A stretch of 64,000 bases of DNA, taken from an uncultured delta proteobacterium (GTDB taxonomy: Bacteria > Desulfobacterota > Desulfobacteria > Desulfobacterales > JAHEIW01). The notes beneath the pieces were generated by a model. The model worked only from the letters and a program-made list of their open reading frames with translations, was not told the origin of the DNA and ran no database searches. Shown here piece by piece: positions 19,630 through 29,781 of the stretch; the stretch's first letter is position 1, and every line of letters begins with the position of its first letter. The stretch is from assembly GCA_963706575.1 (NCBI GenBank), contig CAVPNL010000015.1:64001-128000 (forward strand), in the 5' to 3' direction. Position numbers and translations under genes: made by a program.

Positions 19630-20280
19630 ATGAAAATATCCCTTCAAGAATTTGCCTATAATAAATGCCAGGAACTGATTGGATCGGGCGAATTATCTCC
19701 CGGTCAGCTTTACAGTGAATCGGCGATGTCCAAGCAATTGGGAATTTCGAGAACCCCCCTCCGAACTGCCTTGCAGCAACTTGAAAGAGACGGGTTAATC
19801 ATCCGACTGCCGCAGCGGGGCTTTTACGTCTATCAATTTGAAGAAAAAGATATCGAGGAGCTTTTTGCCATCCGAAAAGCGATAGAAGGTTATGCCGTTG
19901 AACACATTGCCAAGAAAAAAGGAGAGATTGATCTAGAACCGGCAATGATACATTTGAAGGCCCAGGAGGAAGCGCGGCAATCCGATGATTATTCGATCTT
20001 TATCCGGGAAGACAGGAAATTTCACGAAAATCTGGTCAACGCCCTCGATAACAAGCGCCTGGTGATGATATACTCCGACATGCGACAGTCAATTGAACTC
20101 ATCGGCCTGAAGCGGTTCAAAATGAACAGTCAGCGTAATCAATCCATCGCCGAGCATAAAACCATCATCGAGGCCATTGAAGACGGCGACCCCCTGGCCG
20201 CCCGGGAAGCCGTTTATAATCACCTGGATATGGCCATGGTTTCATTGAAGAAGTATCTGAAATCAATCGACCAGCTTTGA
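19630..20280 (+). CDS. GntR family transcriptional regulator (FCD domain)
   Basis: LGISRTPLRTAL HTH; DRKFH and EH..IIEAI. Confidence 0.92.
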   Translation: MKISLQEFAYNKCQELIGSGELSPGQLYSESAMSKQLGISRTPLRTALQQLERDGLIIRLPQRGFYVYQFEEKDIEELFAIRKAIEGYAVEHIAKKKGEIDLEPAMIHLKAQEEARQSDDYSIFIREDRKFHENLVNALDNKRLVMIYSDMRQSIELIGLKRFKMNSQRNQSIAEHKTIIEAIEDGDPLAAREAVYNHLDMAMVSLKKYLKSIDQL

Positions 20281-20289
20281 AACCACTTC

Positions 20290-22188
20290 TTAGAGGCACT
20301 CGTCTAAACCCAGACTTCTTAATTTTTCATCGGTGGGGATACCATCCTCCCCCCATCCGCGGACGCCATAGTACTCCGCCAGCATGGCATCCAGGTTGGG
20401 CAGGTTCTCTCCCGCCGGACCCGCACCCCTTGTGGTCGTCAGAAACCGTTCCGGCAGCGTATCATCTTTAGCGCGGATTCCCCGGCGCACGGAAATCATG
20501 CGCTGTAAATTAAAAATGCGCTCACCCATCTGATAAAACTCATCCAGGTCCACATCCCAGCCGGTGGCAATATTGAGGAAATCCAGATAGGAGGGTGGCT
20601 GCAGCGGCGGGCGCCCAAAACAGTCGGTGCTGTTGGTGAACAGGCACAACGTGAGCGAATTCAGCAGGCAGATGAAATCCTGTGCTTTGGCCGTCAGTTT
20701 GCCCTGCCCTTCCACCTGATAAGGGCTCAGCCGTTCGGTGGCCACCCAGCGGGAGATATCCGCCCCGTCCAGGTCTTCTTTGACGCTGTAATCGTAGTAG
20801 ATCGAGGTAAATCCGGACATGTGGCTGGCCCCGAAGGTAGATGTGGCATTCTCAAGGGCAGCGCCATTGTAAGCCCGGGGGTCATGAGCGGCAATCTCGA
20901 GCCCCTTGCCCTGCATGGCAAAGCGCTCGGCGCCGGGGCCTAAGGTTTCCGCCGCCTGGCGGGTCCCCTCCGCCAGGATGTCGGCCAATCGACCCTCTCG
21001 AAAGGTGATCTTTTTGATCATTGCCAGCATGGCCTCGGCATTGCCCCAGCTCAAATCGAGACCTTCCATCAGATCAGCATTGATGAGGCCGGCCTCAGCG
21101 CATTCGATGGCAAAGGCCAAAGTTGCCCCCAGCGAAATGGAATCAATGCCGTACTGGTTGCAGTAATCATAGGCCATATGAACGGCATCATAATCGGCTA
21201 TCAGACATTGGGTCCCGATAGGGCACAGCGCTTCCCAGACCGTATGCCGTTTTCCCTGGGCATTCAGTCTGGATTCCACGCAACTGGTGCGGCAGCCAAA
21301 ACAAAAATCATATTTGGCGCTTTCCGACAAAACATCGACAATGGTGTCATCGACTTCTTTGAACTCACCGGAGGCCCAGTTCTGAATGGGAGCCCTGCCC
21401 ATCTCCCAGAGGCTGTCCCACAGCTCTCTGCCTTTTGTTTTGCGGACCGCATTGGTGATTTTTACCTTGGGAAAATAGTTTTCAACACTGGCCTTTAATG
21501 CTTTGTTATCAGCCACCTTGGCCGCACCGGCGCTGCGGACGGCAATCCCTTTGAGCTTCTTATATCCCATCAGGGCGCCGAAGCCGCAGCGCGCAGCCGC
21601 CCTGCCCCTTTTGCCGTCATTCATCACACAGGCAAATTTAACCAGGTTCTCGCCGGCCTGACCGATGGCGGCCGTACTGACTTTATTGCCTTCCAATTCT
21701 TTGAGGGCATCCTCGAATTCATAGCAGTCCATGCCCCAGAACGTTTCTGCGTCCCTCAACTCAACACGATCTGCATCGATGAACAGGTACTTCGGGGAAT
21801 TGGCCCGACCCCGCACGACGACACCGTGATATCCGGCCGATCGCAGCCGAAAGGCCCAGTGCCCGCCGGAATGCGCCTCGCCATAGATGCCGGTCAAAGG
21901 CGACAATCCCGCCACAATGTGGCGGCCGCCGTAGGGAACCGCGCCGGTCAAGGGGCCGGTCATGAAGATCAACGGATTGTCGCTGGACAGGGCAGCGGTT
22001 TCAGCGCTGGTCTCCTGCCAGATGATTTTGGCCGCCAGCCCGGCGCCTCCCAGGTATTTGCGCGCCACATCGGCTTTGACGTAAACCGTCTCTATGGTAT
22101 CGGCGCTCAAATCAACCAGAATCAGGCGTGGTGAAAACCCAGCATCCGGCCGGGGTGCATAAATTTGTTCTTGTGTTTTTGCTGCCAT
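20290..22188 (-). CDS. Aldehyde:ferredoxin oxidoreductase (AOR/WOR family), divergent
   Basis: YLGGAGL, SPLTG, IGQAGEN, AAARCGFG, CFGCRTSC, YGIDSIS and HDPR. Confidence 0.88.
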   Translation of the reverse strand: MAAKTQEQIYAPRPDAGFSPRLILVDLSADTIETVYVKADVARKYLGGAGLAAKIIWQETSAETAALSSDNPLIFMTGPLTGAVPYGGRHIVAGLSPLTGIYGEAHSGGHWAFRLRSAGYHGVVVRGRANSPKYLFIDADRVELRDAETFWGMDCYEFEDALKELEGNKVSTAAIGQAGENLVKFACVMNDGKRGRAAARCGFGALMGYKKLKGIAVRSAGAAKVADNKALKASVENYFPKVKITNAVRKTKGRELWDSLWEMGRAPIQNWASGEFKEVDDTIVDVLSESAKYDFCFGCRTSCVESRLNAQGKRHTVWEALCPIGTQCLIADYDAVHMAYDYCNQYGIDSISLGATLAFAIECAEAGLINADLMEGLDLSWGNAEAMLAMIKKITFREGRLADILAEGTRQAAETLGPGAERFAMQGKGLEIAAHDPRAYNGAALENATSTFGASHMSGFTSIYYDYSVKEDLDGADISRWVATERLSPYQVEGQGKLTAKAQDFICLLNSLTLCLFTNSTDCFGRPPLQPPSYLDFLNIATGWDVDLDEFYQMGERIFNLQRMISVRRGIRAKDDTLPERFLTTTRGAGPAGENLPNLDAMLAEYYGVRGWGEDGIPTDEKLRSLGLDECL

Positions 22189-22235
22189 TTGAATTCCTCC
22201 GATTGGAAAGATTATAAATAATGCAAGGGGGTCTT

Positions 22236-22377
22236 AAGCGGTATTGAATGTTGGAGCAGCTTTCAGTCGCGAAATCAATTATTGCGGTTGGAAGCCGCTC
22301 CCATAGGAAGTTTATCTATTGAGTAGGGCCGGCCTCTGTGCCGGCCAAGAAAAGGCAGCCACAGAGGGCTGCCCTAC
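22236..22377. repeat. Two adjacent REP-like doublets (GTGG type 22250-22304; GTAG...CTAC type 22323-22377)
   Basis: Imperfect palindromes; the second resembles 32750-32804. Confidence 0.7.
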
Positions 22378-22409
22378 TTCTGGCTTCTGGCCGGCAGCCA
22401 GCAAGATAA

Positions 22410-23429
22410 CTAGGTCGTCAACCATCTCACCGTTGGATTTTCTTTATACTTGTCAACCAAATAGCTGAAGAACTGGGCCATCCCTCCGGCATAAAAGATC
22501 ATGATCACAATCAGCATCAGGCCATAAATGAGCAAATTGATCCCCGGCAGATAGTCAAAATTGGATCGGAGCATCTCGGTAAACCAGATTAATGGAAAGG
22601 CGACCGCAAATCCGCCCCACAGGCTGCCCCGGCCTCCGATATAGACGATCACCAGAAATTCAACGGTTTTGGCGGTGTGAAGGAACTCGGGGGTCAGAAT
22701 ACCGATGAAGTGGGCGTAGAAGGCCCCGACCCAGCCGGCAAGCGCACAGGAGACGGTGAAATTCATGATGCGATAGCGCGTGGGATTGATGCCCGAGGTC
22801 TTGGCAGCGTCCATATTCTGACCAATGGCCTTGAAGGCCAGACCAATGTGGGAGCGGGCAATTCTTTTCAGAATAAACCATGTCACAAGCGCCACTCCGA
22901 TCACCGGATACCAGTAGTAAAGGTTGGGAGCTTCCGTTCCGAAAAAGTAGGCCGTACGCAAACCCAGCATGCCGCGGGTCAGCCAGACCAGCTTGATGGC
23001 CAGACCCATCATGCCAATCCCGATGAACCAGGTCAGGCAGATGGCAAACATCCCCCGCATACGCAGGCTGATGGCACCGGTAATAAATCCCAACAACCCC
23101 GCCGTAAAGGCACCGCAAAGCATGGTCACCGGAAGTGGAATGCCCCATTTGTTTGCCACAATAGCAGAGGTATAGGCGCCTAAACCGACAAAGGCGGCAA
23201 ATCCAAAATTGACAACCGCAATGTAGCCGGAACTGAAATCAAAGGCCATCGCCCCGGTTCCCATGATGGCCGCCAGGATGAACCAGCGGATCAAATAATC
23301 CTGGTTAAAGGGCGGAAAAAGCGGAACGATCATCAGGATCAAAAACCCAATCGCCCCCAGGGGGGTCAGACAAAGATAGTCTAAATATTTAGCGATTCCC
23401 TGCTTCTGGACATCATATTCATTGGCCAT
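22410..23429 (-). CDS. Branched-chain amino acid type ABC permease (LivM-like)
   Basis: Hydrophobic; NFGFAAFVGLGAY, SHIGLAFKAI and IGGRGS. Confidence 0.9.
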   Translation of the reverse strand: MANEYDVQKQGIAKYLDYLCLTPLGAIGFLILMIVPLFPPFNQDYLIRWFILAAIMGTGAMAFDFSSGYIAVVNFGFAAFVGLGAYTSAIVANKWGIPLPVTMLCGAFTAGLLGFITGAISLRMRGMFAICLTWFIGIGMMGLAIKLVWLTRGMLGLRTAYFFGTEAPNLYYWYPVIGVALVTWFILKRIARSHIGLAFKAIGQNMDAAKTSGINPTRYRIMNFTVSCALAGWVGAFYAHFIGILTPEFLHTAKTVEFLVIVYIGGRGSLWGGFAVAFPLIWFTEMLRSNFDYLPGINLLIYGLMLIVIMIFYAGGMAQFFSYLVDKYKENPTVRWLTT

Positions 23430-23447
23430 AACAACAACTCCCTCTTC

Positions 23448-24524
23448 TTATTCATCCCATACAGTTCTGACTTTCGTTGCAAAGATTCCAGACGGCTTAA
23501 AAATGAGAATAAGCGAAATCAGCAGCACCGGTATCACAGCTTCCCAGCCTTCACCCATATAGCTTCGCGTGATGACCTGAAAAAGCGCAATCATGAAGCC
23601 TCCCGGAATCGCGCCGGCCACATTACCAAATCCCACCAGAATGATGATAAACCAGGAATTGTATAACGGCATGACGCCGACGGTTGGATAGGAGGGAAAC
23701 ATAAACAGCAGACTGGCACCGGCCAGACCGGCCAGGCCGCAACTCAAGGCAAACGTCACAACATGAACGGTATCAACCGAAATACCCACCATGCGGGCGC
23801 CGTCCTCGTCCTGGGATACCGCCCGAATGGTTTTACCGGTGGTCGAGAACATCATGAAAATATAGAATCCAATCATGGTCAGGATCGCGATGAAGAAGGC
23901 ACAGATCCTGTCTATCGACATATAGACACCAAAGATCGGCACTGAGGGAAAATCCCAGTAGGCCAGGATCCCTTTAAAGTCAGCCCCGAAGGCTAATTGA
24001 TGCGTATTCTGAAAAATAATGGAGATACCAAGGGTGATCAAAAAGCAGTTCAATAACCATCCCTCGCGATTGCGCATCCGCAACTGTTTGAACACCAGCC
24101 GCTCGGTTAAAATCCCCAGGAAGGCACACATCAACGTCCCTGCCAGGATAGCGATCATGGGGCCCACATAAGCCACAAAGGATTCCGGGTGCTCGAGCGT
24201 GTAGTTGCTGATCGGCAGAAACACGAAATAGGCGGTCAACGAACCGGCCATGAAATATTCGCCATGGGCAAAGCCGGCAATGTTCATCACGCTGAAGAGC
24301 AATGCCAGGCCAATGGCCATCAGGGCCCACATCCCGCCGGTGATCACCGTATTCACCAGGATATAGGGCCCCTTGTGGATCGTGGCCACAATGGCGACTA
24401 AAATGGTCAGGCAGATGGTCATGCCCCCTGCCGAGAATAACCATCGTATTGCCTTTTGAGCAAACGTATCTTCAATGGTTTGATCAATTTTATCGATTGC
24501 CGATTCGGTTGAAGGATTTACCAT
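23448..24524 (-). CDS. Branched-chain amino acid type ABC permease (LivH-like)
   Basis: ALMAIGLALLF, FAHGE and GKTIRAVSQD. Confidence 0.9.
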   Translation of the reverse strand: MVNPSTESAIDKIDQTIEDTFAQKAIRWLFSAGGMTICLTILVAIVATIHKGPYILVNTVITGGMWALMAIGLALLFSVMNIAGFAHGEYFMAGSLTAYFVFLPISNYTLEHPESFVAYVGPMIAILAGTLMCAFLGILTERLVFKQLRMRNREGWLLNCFLITLGISIIFQNTHQLAFGADFKGILAYWDFPSVPIFGVYMSIDRICAFFIAILTMIGFYIFMMFSTTGKTIRAVSQDEDGARMVGISVDTVHVVTFALSCGLAGLAGASLLFMFPSYPTVGVMPLYNSWFIIILVGFGNVAGAIPGGFMIALFQVITRSYMGEGWEAVIPVLLISLILIFKPSGIFATKVRTVWDE

Positions 24525-24541
24525 CAGCTGCTCCCCCTCGT

Positions 24542-25249
24542 TTAATGTCCCAGATAGATCTTTCTGACATGATCGTCGTCGGCCAGATCTGCGCTCTTGC
24601 CTTGCAATATAATTTTGCCCTTTTCAAGGATGTAGGCGCGCGACGTGGTCTTTAGCGTTTTGCCGACATTTTGCTCCACCAGAAAAATCGTGGTACCGCG
24701 TTTATTCAGCGTTCGCAGGGCCTTAAAGACTTCGTTGGTCAGCATGGGCGCCAGACCCAAAGACGGCTCATCGACTAACATCAGGCGCGGGCTGGACATG
24801 ATGCCCCGGCCAATGGCCATCATCTTGCGCTCGCCGCCGCTCAGGGTGCCGGCAAACTGAGCCTCCCTTTCATGAAGCCGCGGAAAAAGCTCATATACAA
24901 ATTCCAAATTTTTCGCTTGCTTGGCGGGGTCTTTGAGCGTGAAGGCCCCCATTTCCAAATTCTCTTTAACAGTCATGTTCACAAAGAGGTTCAGTTCCTC
25001 GGAAATAAAGGCGATGCCCTTGCGGCAGACCAGATGGCCCTCCAGCCCGCCGATGGGATTCCCTTCATAGAGTATTTCACCCCCCTGGGGCTCGACCAGC
25101 CCTGCAATGGTTTTGAGGGTCGTCGATTTTCCGGCCCCGTTCGGTCCGATCAGGGCCACAAACTCTCCCTCATCGACAAAAAAAGAAACGTCCCAGAGCA
25201 CCTGCAAAAAGCCATAGCCTGAATCAAGACTCTTGATTTCTAATAACAC
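24542..25249 (-). CDS. ABC ATPase (LivF-like)
   Basis: GPNGAGKST, LSGGE and DEPSLGLAP. Confidence 0.93.
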   Translation of the reverse strand: MLLEIKSLDSGYGFLQVLWDVSFFVDEGEFVALIGPNGAGKSTTLKTIAGLVEPQGGEILYEGNPIGGLEGHLVCRKGIAFISEELNLFVNMTVKENLEMGAFTLKDPAKQAKNLEFVYELFPRLHEREAQFAGTLSGGERKMMAIGRGIMSSPRLMLVDEPSLGLAPMLTNEVFKALRTLNKRGTTIFLVEQNVGKTLKTTSRAYILEKGKIILQGKSADLADDDHVRKIYLGH

Positions 25250-25268
25250 TTTTCTCCTCCACTGGTTT

Positions 25269-25417
25269 TAGAAGCGGTTTCAAAACCCCATCTAAGGCCC
25301 AATGGCTGCGTTGCAGACCTCCGATAAATGCTCACATACCCCCCATGTATGCTGCGCTTTCTCGATCGGCCTGCGCCTTGCCCTTGAACCTGATCTGAGA
25401 TTTTGAAACCACTTCTA
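25269..25417. mobile_element. MITE family A copy 3
   Basis: Near-identical to 9413-9560; its right end supplies the TAG stop of the minus-strand ATPase. Confidence 0.85.
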
Positions 25418-26149
25418 GTCTTCCTCCTCAACCCCGAGATAGGCTTCAACCACCTTTGGATCCTGGGAGACCTCTTTTGTCGGGCCTTCGGCAATCTTGT
25501 TGCCAAAACTGATCACCGCCAACGTTTCGCACAATCCCATGATCACTTGCATGATGTGCTCCACCATCAGGATGGTGATGCCCTTATCGCGTATCTTCAG
25601 AATGATTTTCATCAAGGGCTCCAGCTCGCGCTCCGTCAGCCCGCTGGCCAGCTCATCCAGCAGCATCACTTTGGGTTGGCTCGCCAGCGCCCGTGCCAGG
25701 TCCAGCCTTTTTAACTGGACGGTATTCAACTGCTCGGATATCGTATCTTCAGGCAACCCAAACTCGACAAAGTTGAGCTGCTCGCGGGCATGGTTGACCG
25801 GATCCTTCAGCCTGGGAGTATTCCCAAAAACCGCGGCCACCATCACGTTATCAAGAACCGATAATTTGGGGAACGGCCGGGGGATCTGGAAGGTTCGGGA
25901 CAGACCCTTGTGGCACATCTCTTCAGGTGAGCAGTTTGTGGTTTCCTGGCCCAAAAAATGAACCGTGCCGGAAGTTGCGTTATTCAGCCCGGCAATGGCG
26001 TTTAGCAGGGTGGTTTTACCGGCGCCGTTGGGTCCGATAAGTCCCATGATCTCACCCTCTTTAACGCTCATGGAGACCTGATTGACCGCGACGAGTCCTC
26101 CAAATCGTTTCGTCAGATTCTCTGTATTGATGACAGAATTATTCTTCAT
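25415..26149 (-). CDS. ABC ATPase (LivG-like)
   Basis: FGGLVAV, GPNGAGKTT, RTFQ, LLDE and EAYLG. Confidence 0.93.
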   Translation of the reverse strand: MKNNSVINTENLTKRFGGLVAVNQVSMSVKEGEIMGLIGPNGAGKTTLLNAIAGLNNATSGTVHFLGQETTNCSPEEMCHKGLSRTFQIPRPFPKLSVLDNVMVAAVFGNTPRLKDPVNHAREQLNFVEFGLPEDTISEQLNTVQLKRLDLARALASQPKVMLLDELASGLTERELEPLMKIILKIRDKGITILMVEHIMQVIMGLCETLAVISFGNKIAEGPTKEVSQDPKVVEAYLGVEEED

Positions 26150-26179
26150 GGTTTATCACCGGAATTCATACAGAAAGAG

Positions 26180-26220
26180 TAGAGGGAGGGGCCACGGACA
26201 TAACCGGGGCCCACTCCCTA
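26180..26220 (-). terminator. Intergenic GC-rich stem-loop after the substrate-binding protein gene
   Basis: agggaggggccacgg...ccggggcccactccct imperfect hairpin. Confidence 0.45.
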
Positions 26221-26239
26221 TGTTTGACACGCGAAACCA

Positions 26240-27481
26240 CTATTTGAGTTCAAATTCTTTCATTTTGACCGATTCCGGAAAGACCGCAAACTGCTTTCCG
26301 CTTTTGAATTGAACCACCGGCATGAACCAGTGCTCTGCATCGGTCTGGGGATCCGGATAGGTCTCCGCTGTGTACCGGTATTCTTTCATGATCACTCCAC
26401 CGTCAGCCCAGCCGTAAGTCAGCTTGCCGGTCATCACCTCGTCCTTTATGACCTGCAGGATCGTCTTGCTGGTCAGCTCCCCGTGCTTTTCAATGGCCCT
26501 CTCGGCTATCTTAACAAACATCCCGGCCGCATCGTAAGCGAGGCCACATGCCGAGGGAGTAGGATCAAAACCAAAGTTTTTCTTAATTTTCTTTCTCAGT
26601 GGCTCCGATTTTTCTGTCCAGATCACATTCAAGTCCATGAACCCATCGGATGCCCTGCCGGTGAGCTTGTACCATTCCCCAATCCAGGTCAGGCCGTCCG
26701 CGACAAAAACGCCCTTCAAGCCCACCTCTCTAATCTGCTTGACATAGGCTGAGATAGAGGCTGCTGCCGTGTTGGTGGTCATGACGAGCGGGACGCCCAT
26801 ATCTTTATACCGAGAGATGAGGGGATAAAAATCGGTTTGACCGATCTGGACATAGTCCTCCGCGACAACCTCCCAGCCATATTTCTTGAGGTTATCTTTT
26901 GCTGCGATGATCCAGTCACGTCCCCAATCCGTCTCCTCAGCAGACAAGGCCACTCTCTTGTCTTTAAGCTTCCATTGATTTGTTTTAATCAAATGTTCGA
27001 AGAACTGGTAATATAACACGGTGGACATGGCCGGATATGACCAGAATTTGAGGTGGTATCCCGGAACCTCTTTGATTTTCTCAGTTAGAGGTAAGGCAGC
27101 GGCACCGGTAGTAATATGTGGAATACCATACTTAACCTCCAAATCCGCGCAGGCAATGGCAACTGAGCTGTGCCAGCCGCCAACAACCGCCTGCATGCCC
27201 TTCCTCTCCACGGCCTCGGTGAATGCATTGGCGCCTTTGGCAGGATCACTCTGGCTATCGACCATAATGTGCTCTATCTTGTAGTCGCCAATCTTCCAGC
27301 CAATCTCCTCCATTTTCTGTTTTGTACCAGCCAACTGATTAGCCCCTGACTGAGCGGCCGGACCGGTATATGGACCCATAGTACCCAGTTTGAAAACCTT
27401 TTCCGCGCCAGCATTCATGGCTGCAAACGAAAGCAGAAAAGTTGCAGCGATAAAGATTGATATAAAGCGTTTCTTGCGCAT
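26240..27481 (-). CDS. ABC substrate-binding protein (LivJ/PBP1 type)
   Basis: Signal peptide MRKKRFISIFIAATFLLSFAAMNAGA from ATG 27481; GPYTGP and DSQSDP. Confidence 0.9.
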   Translation of the reverse strand: MRKKRFISIFIAATFLLSFAAMNAGAEKVFKLGTMGPYTGPAAQSGANQLAGTKQKMEEIGWKIGDYKIEHIMVDSQSDPAKGANAFTEAVERKGMQAVVGGWHSSVAIACADLEVKYGIPHITTGAAALPLTEKIKEVPGYHLKFWSYPAMSTVLYYQFFEHLIKTNQWKLKDKRVALSAEETDWGRDWIIAAKDNLKKYGWEVVAEDYVQIGQTDFYPLISRYKDMGVPLVMTTNTAAASISAYVKQIREVGLKGVFVADGLTWIGEWYKLTGRASDGFMDLNVIWTEKSEPLRKKIKKNFGFDPTPSACGLAYDAAGMFVKIAERAIEKHGELTSKTILQVIKDEVMTGKLTYGWADGGVIMKEYRYTAETYPDPQTDAEHWFMPVVQFKSGKQFAVFPESVKMKEFELK

Positions 27482-27638
27482 CGTGAATCCTCCTTTTCTG
27501 ATATATCGGTTAATGAAATCGATACTGGGCATCCAGCCACCCCTATTCAAACAGCGATTGAGGGGTGAGGCTGCCAAGCACATTTCTATCCCAATTCAAG
27601 ATCGATAACTATTGTGTGTATCACCTCCTTTGCATCTT

Positions 27639-29060
27639 TCATTCTGCTTTGCGTTGTCTTACATATTCAGCAAGCTTCTTTTCAATCTCTGAATCTATGT
27701 CAGGTTGTACATATTCTGCAAGTCTTTTTTCAAGCAGTGCCGTTGCAGATTCTTTCAGGGTTTTTTTGCCGGCATTATGCCAGGACTCGTAATCCGTGCG
27801 GCTCATTAAGGCGGGCAGGTAAAATTCGGATCGACAGTGCTCGAAGGTCCGATCGTGGGTCAGATATTCACCACCGACGCCGACTTCTTTGATGGCGGGC
27901 AAGTCGATGCGCTCGTCGGTCACATCGAGGGGTTTCAACATCCTGCGCAACATCCCGCATAATTCTTCATCCGCCAGAAATTTTTCGTAACTCATGGCAA
28001 TATAAGACCCCAGAATACCGCAGGCGTGTAAAATGAAATTCGCGCCACTCATAATGGTTTGGGAAAGCGCCAGGGTGGACTCAATACCAGCCTGCATATC
28101 CGGGAAGTGGCCGTCGGTAAGGCCACCGCTGCCCCGGCTGGGCAGACCGTAAAATTGTGCCATCTGCATGGTCGCATTTTGAATCATGGATAGTTCGGGC
28201 GCCCCGATGGCAAGCCCGCCAGTTCTCATCTCGGTTATCGTTGAGGTCGTCCCGTAAATAACCGGCGACCCGGGATTCACCAGCTGCGCCAGAATGATAC
28301 CGGCGAGAACTTCCGCATTCTGAACCGCCAAAAGACCGGGCAGGGTCACCGGTCCGGTGGCGCCGGCTTGCATCAAAAGCGCCACCATGCTGACCTGACC
28401 GTGGCGCGCATATTCGATCAGGGCACCCGCCATTTCAGCGGAATATTGCAGGGGAGAAAGTGAACTGATGATGCCCATAATAACGGGCCGGTCTTGAATT
28501 TTGTCTTTGCCGCCCCAAACGATTGCGGCCATTTCAATCGAATCGATCGCCGCCTGGCGGGATACCGAGCTTCCCAGACAGGGTTTGTCACATAAAACAA
28601 AATTAGAATAAACCTGATCCAGATGCGCGGTCTCGGCCGGTCGATCCGAGGGCTCTACCATCAGGCAGCCGTTCATATCGACGTATTTGGAAGTCTGCAC
28701 CAGCTTGCAGAAATTGTCATAATCTTCCATGACGGCTTCTCTTTGCTCGCCGTCTTTGGTGACCATAAAAGGGCTGCCGTAACCGGGGGCCAGGACCAGG
28801 TGTTGCCCCCCGATGGTAACGCTTTTTGCAGGATTGCGCCCTTCGATCTGAAATTCGGCAGGTGCTGAATTCAGTGCTTTGTCAACCAGGCCTTCGTCGA
28901 TAAACACGACATTGCCATCAACACGCGCGCCGGCGCCACTGAATATTTCCAGTGCTTCGGGCTCATGGAAGGCGACGCCGACATCCTTAAAAATTTCCAG
29001 GGTCGCATGATGGATCTTGTCGAAGTCTTCCTTGCTTAGCAGGTGCATCCGTTCATACAT
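27639..29060 (-). CDS. Non-pyrrolysine MttB-superfamily corrinoid methyltransferase (MtgB-like)
   Basis: ~473 aa; APGYGSP, SLSPL, GATGPVTL.G, GAPE, LPSRGSGGLTD (Leu at the Pyl-equivalent site) and GGEYL..HT; no internal stop. Confidence 0.9.
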   Translation of the reverse strand: MYERMHLLSKEDFDKIHHATLEIFKDVGVAFHEPEALEIFSGAGARVDGNVVFIDEGLVDKALNSAPAEFQIEGRNPAKSVTIGGQHLVLAPGYGSPFMVTKDGEQREAVMEDYDNFCKLVQTSKYVDMNGCLMVEPSDRPAETAHLDQVYSNFVLCDKPCLGSSVSRQAAIDSIEMAAIVWGGKDKIQDRPVIMGIISSLSPLQYSAEMAGALIEYARHGQVSMVALLMQAGATGPVTLPGLLAVQNAEVLAGIILAQLVNPGSPVIYGTTSTITEMRTGGLAIGAPELSMIQNATMQMAQFYGLPSRGSGGLTDGHFPDMQAGIESTLALSQTIMSGANFILHACGILGSYIAMSYEKFLADEELCGMLRRMLKPLDVTDERIDLPAIKEVGVGGEYLTHDRTFEHCRSEFYLPALMSRTDYESWHNAGKKTLKESATALLEKRLAEYVQPDIDSEIEKKLAEYVRQRKAE

Positions 29061-29179
29061 AGTAGTACCCCCTATCACTATTGGGATAATCTTTTCAAGT
29101 AAATTATAAATTTTATTGTCAGCTAACTATTTGAATGCAAATTATTTTCCAAATTCGAATCTACAAACAAATTTTAATT

Positions 29180-29195
29180 TGCAAGAAAGGCGCCA
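29180..29195 (-). promoter_or_regulatory. sigma54 (-24/-12) promoter for the MttB-like/ABC/AOR operon
   Basis: Minus strand TGGCGC-CTTTC-TTGCA. Confidence 0.75.
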
Positions 29196-29323
29196 GCTTT
29201 AATACTTTTATTCAATTTAATGTTATTGGGGGCTTCCATTTGTCAAAACGGTTTTCATCAAATTAAATCAAATTATATCATTAAGTTAAAAGAGAATCGC
29301 TTCGATGTCGCAACCTGGATAGG

Positions 29324-29506
29324 TGATTGGCATTGAATCACGAAAGGTCATTTATTTATTCGTATGATTCAAAAATGCATCACTATCAATCGGCTAGTTC
29401 AAAACGGATATGACACAAGAGCTCGTCATTAATGATTGTTTCTATCCAAAATGAGGACATTATAACGACTTGAAAACCCTAAACTGTGTGATTCAAAAAT
29501 GTATCA
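29324..29506. promoter_or_regulatory. Enhancer-like palindromes
   Basis: TGATTCAAAAATGCATCA 29365-29382, TGATTCAAAAATGTATCA 29489-29506 and a weaker TGATTGGCATTGAATCA 29324-29340. Confidence 0.6.
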
Positions 29507-29781
29507 TATTTTTAAAAGCCATCTTATTAAAAGTAGATCACAATCACAATTCCCGCACTGAGGACAACGCCGTTTCAACAGTGGGAGCGACATCTTGTCG
29601 CGATATGCGAAAAGCGCAGTCTCGGAGGCTGGATGAGCCTTTAGCCGTTAAAACTTTCCGCCCAATCATTTGACCTGCGGCGCACAAACTGTTACCCAGA
29701 ATATCAAGCACCCCATCATCGCTTGCGATCCCGATCACAAACCCAAATGAACGTTTCCAATATTTACTCAATGAGGATCCC

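Noticed and set aside
3727..26242. Amber read-through fusing adjacent genes (activase-tautomerase, livG-livF, binding protein-livG are in frame)
   Set aside because: Manual translation hits TAA or TGA before the downstream start in all three cases.
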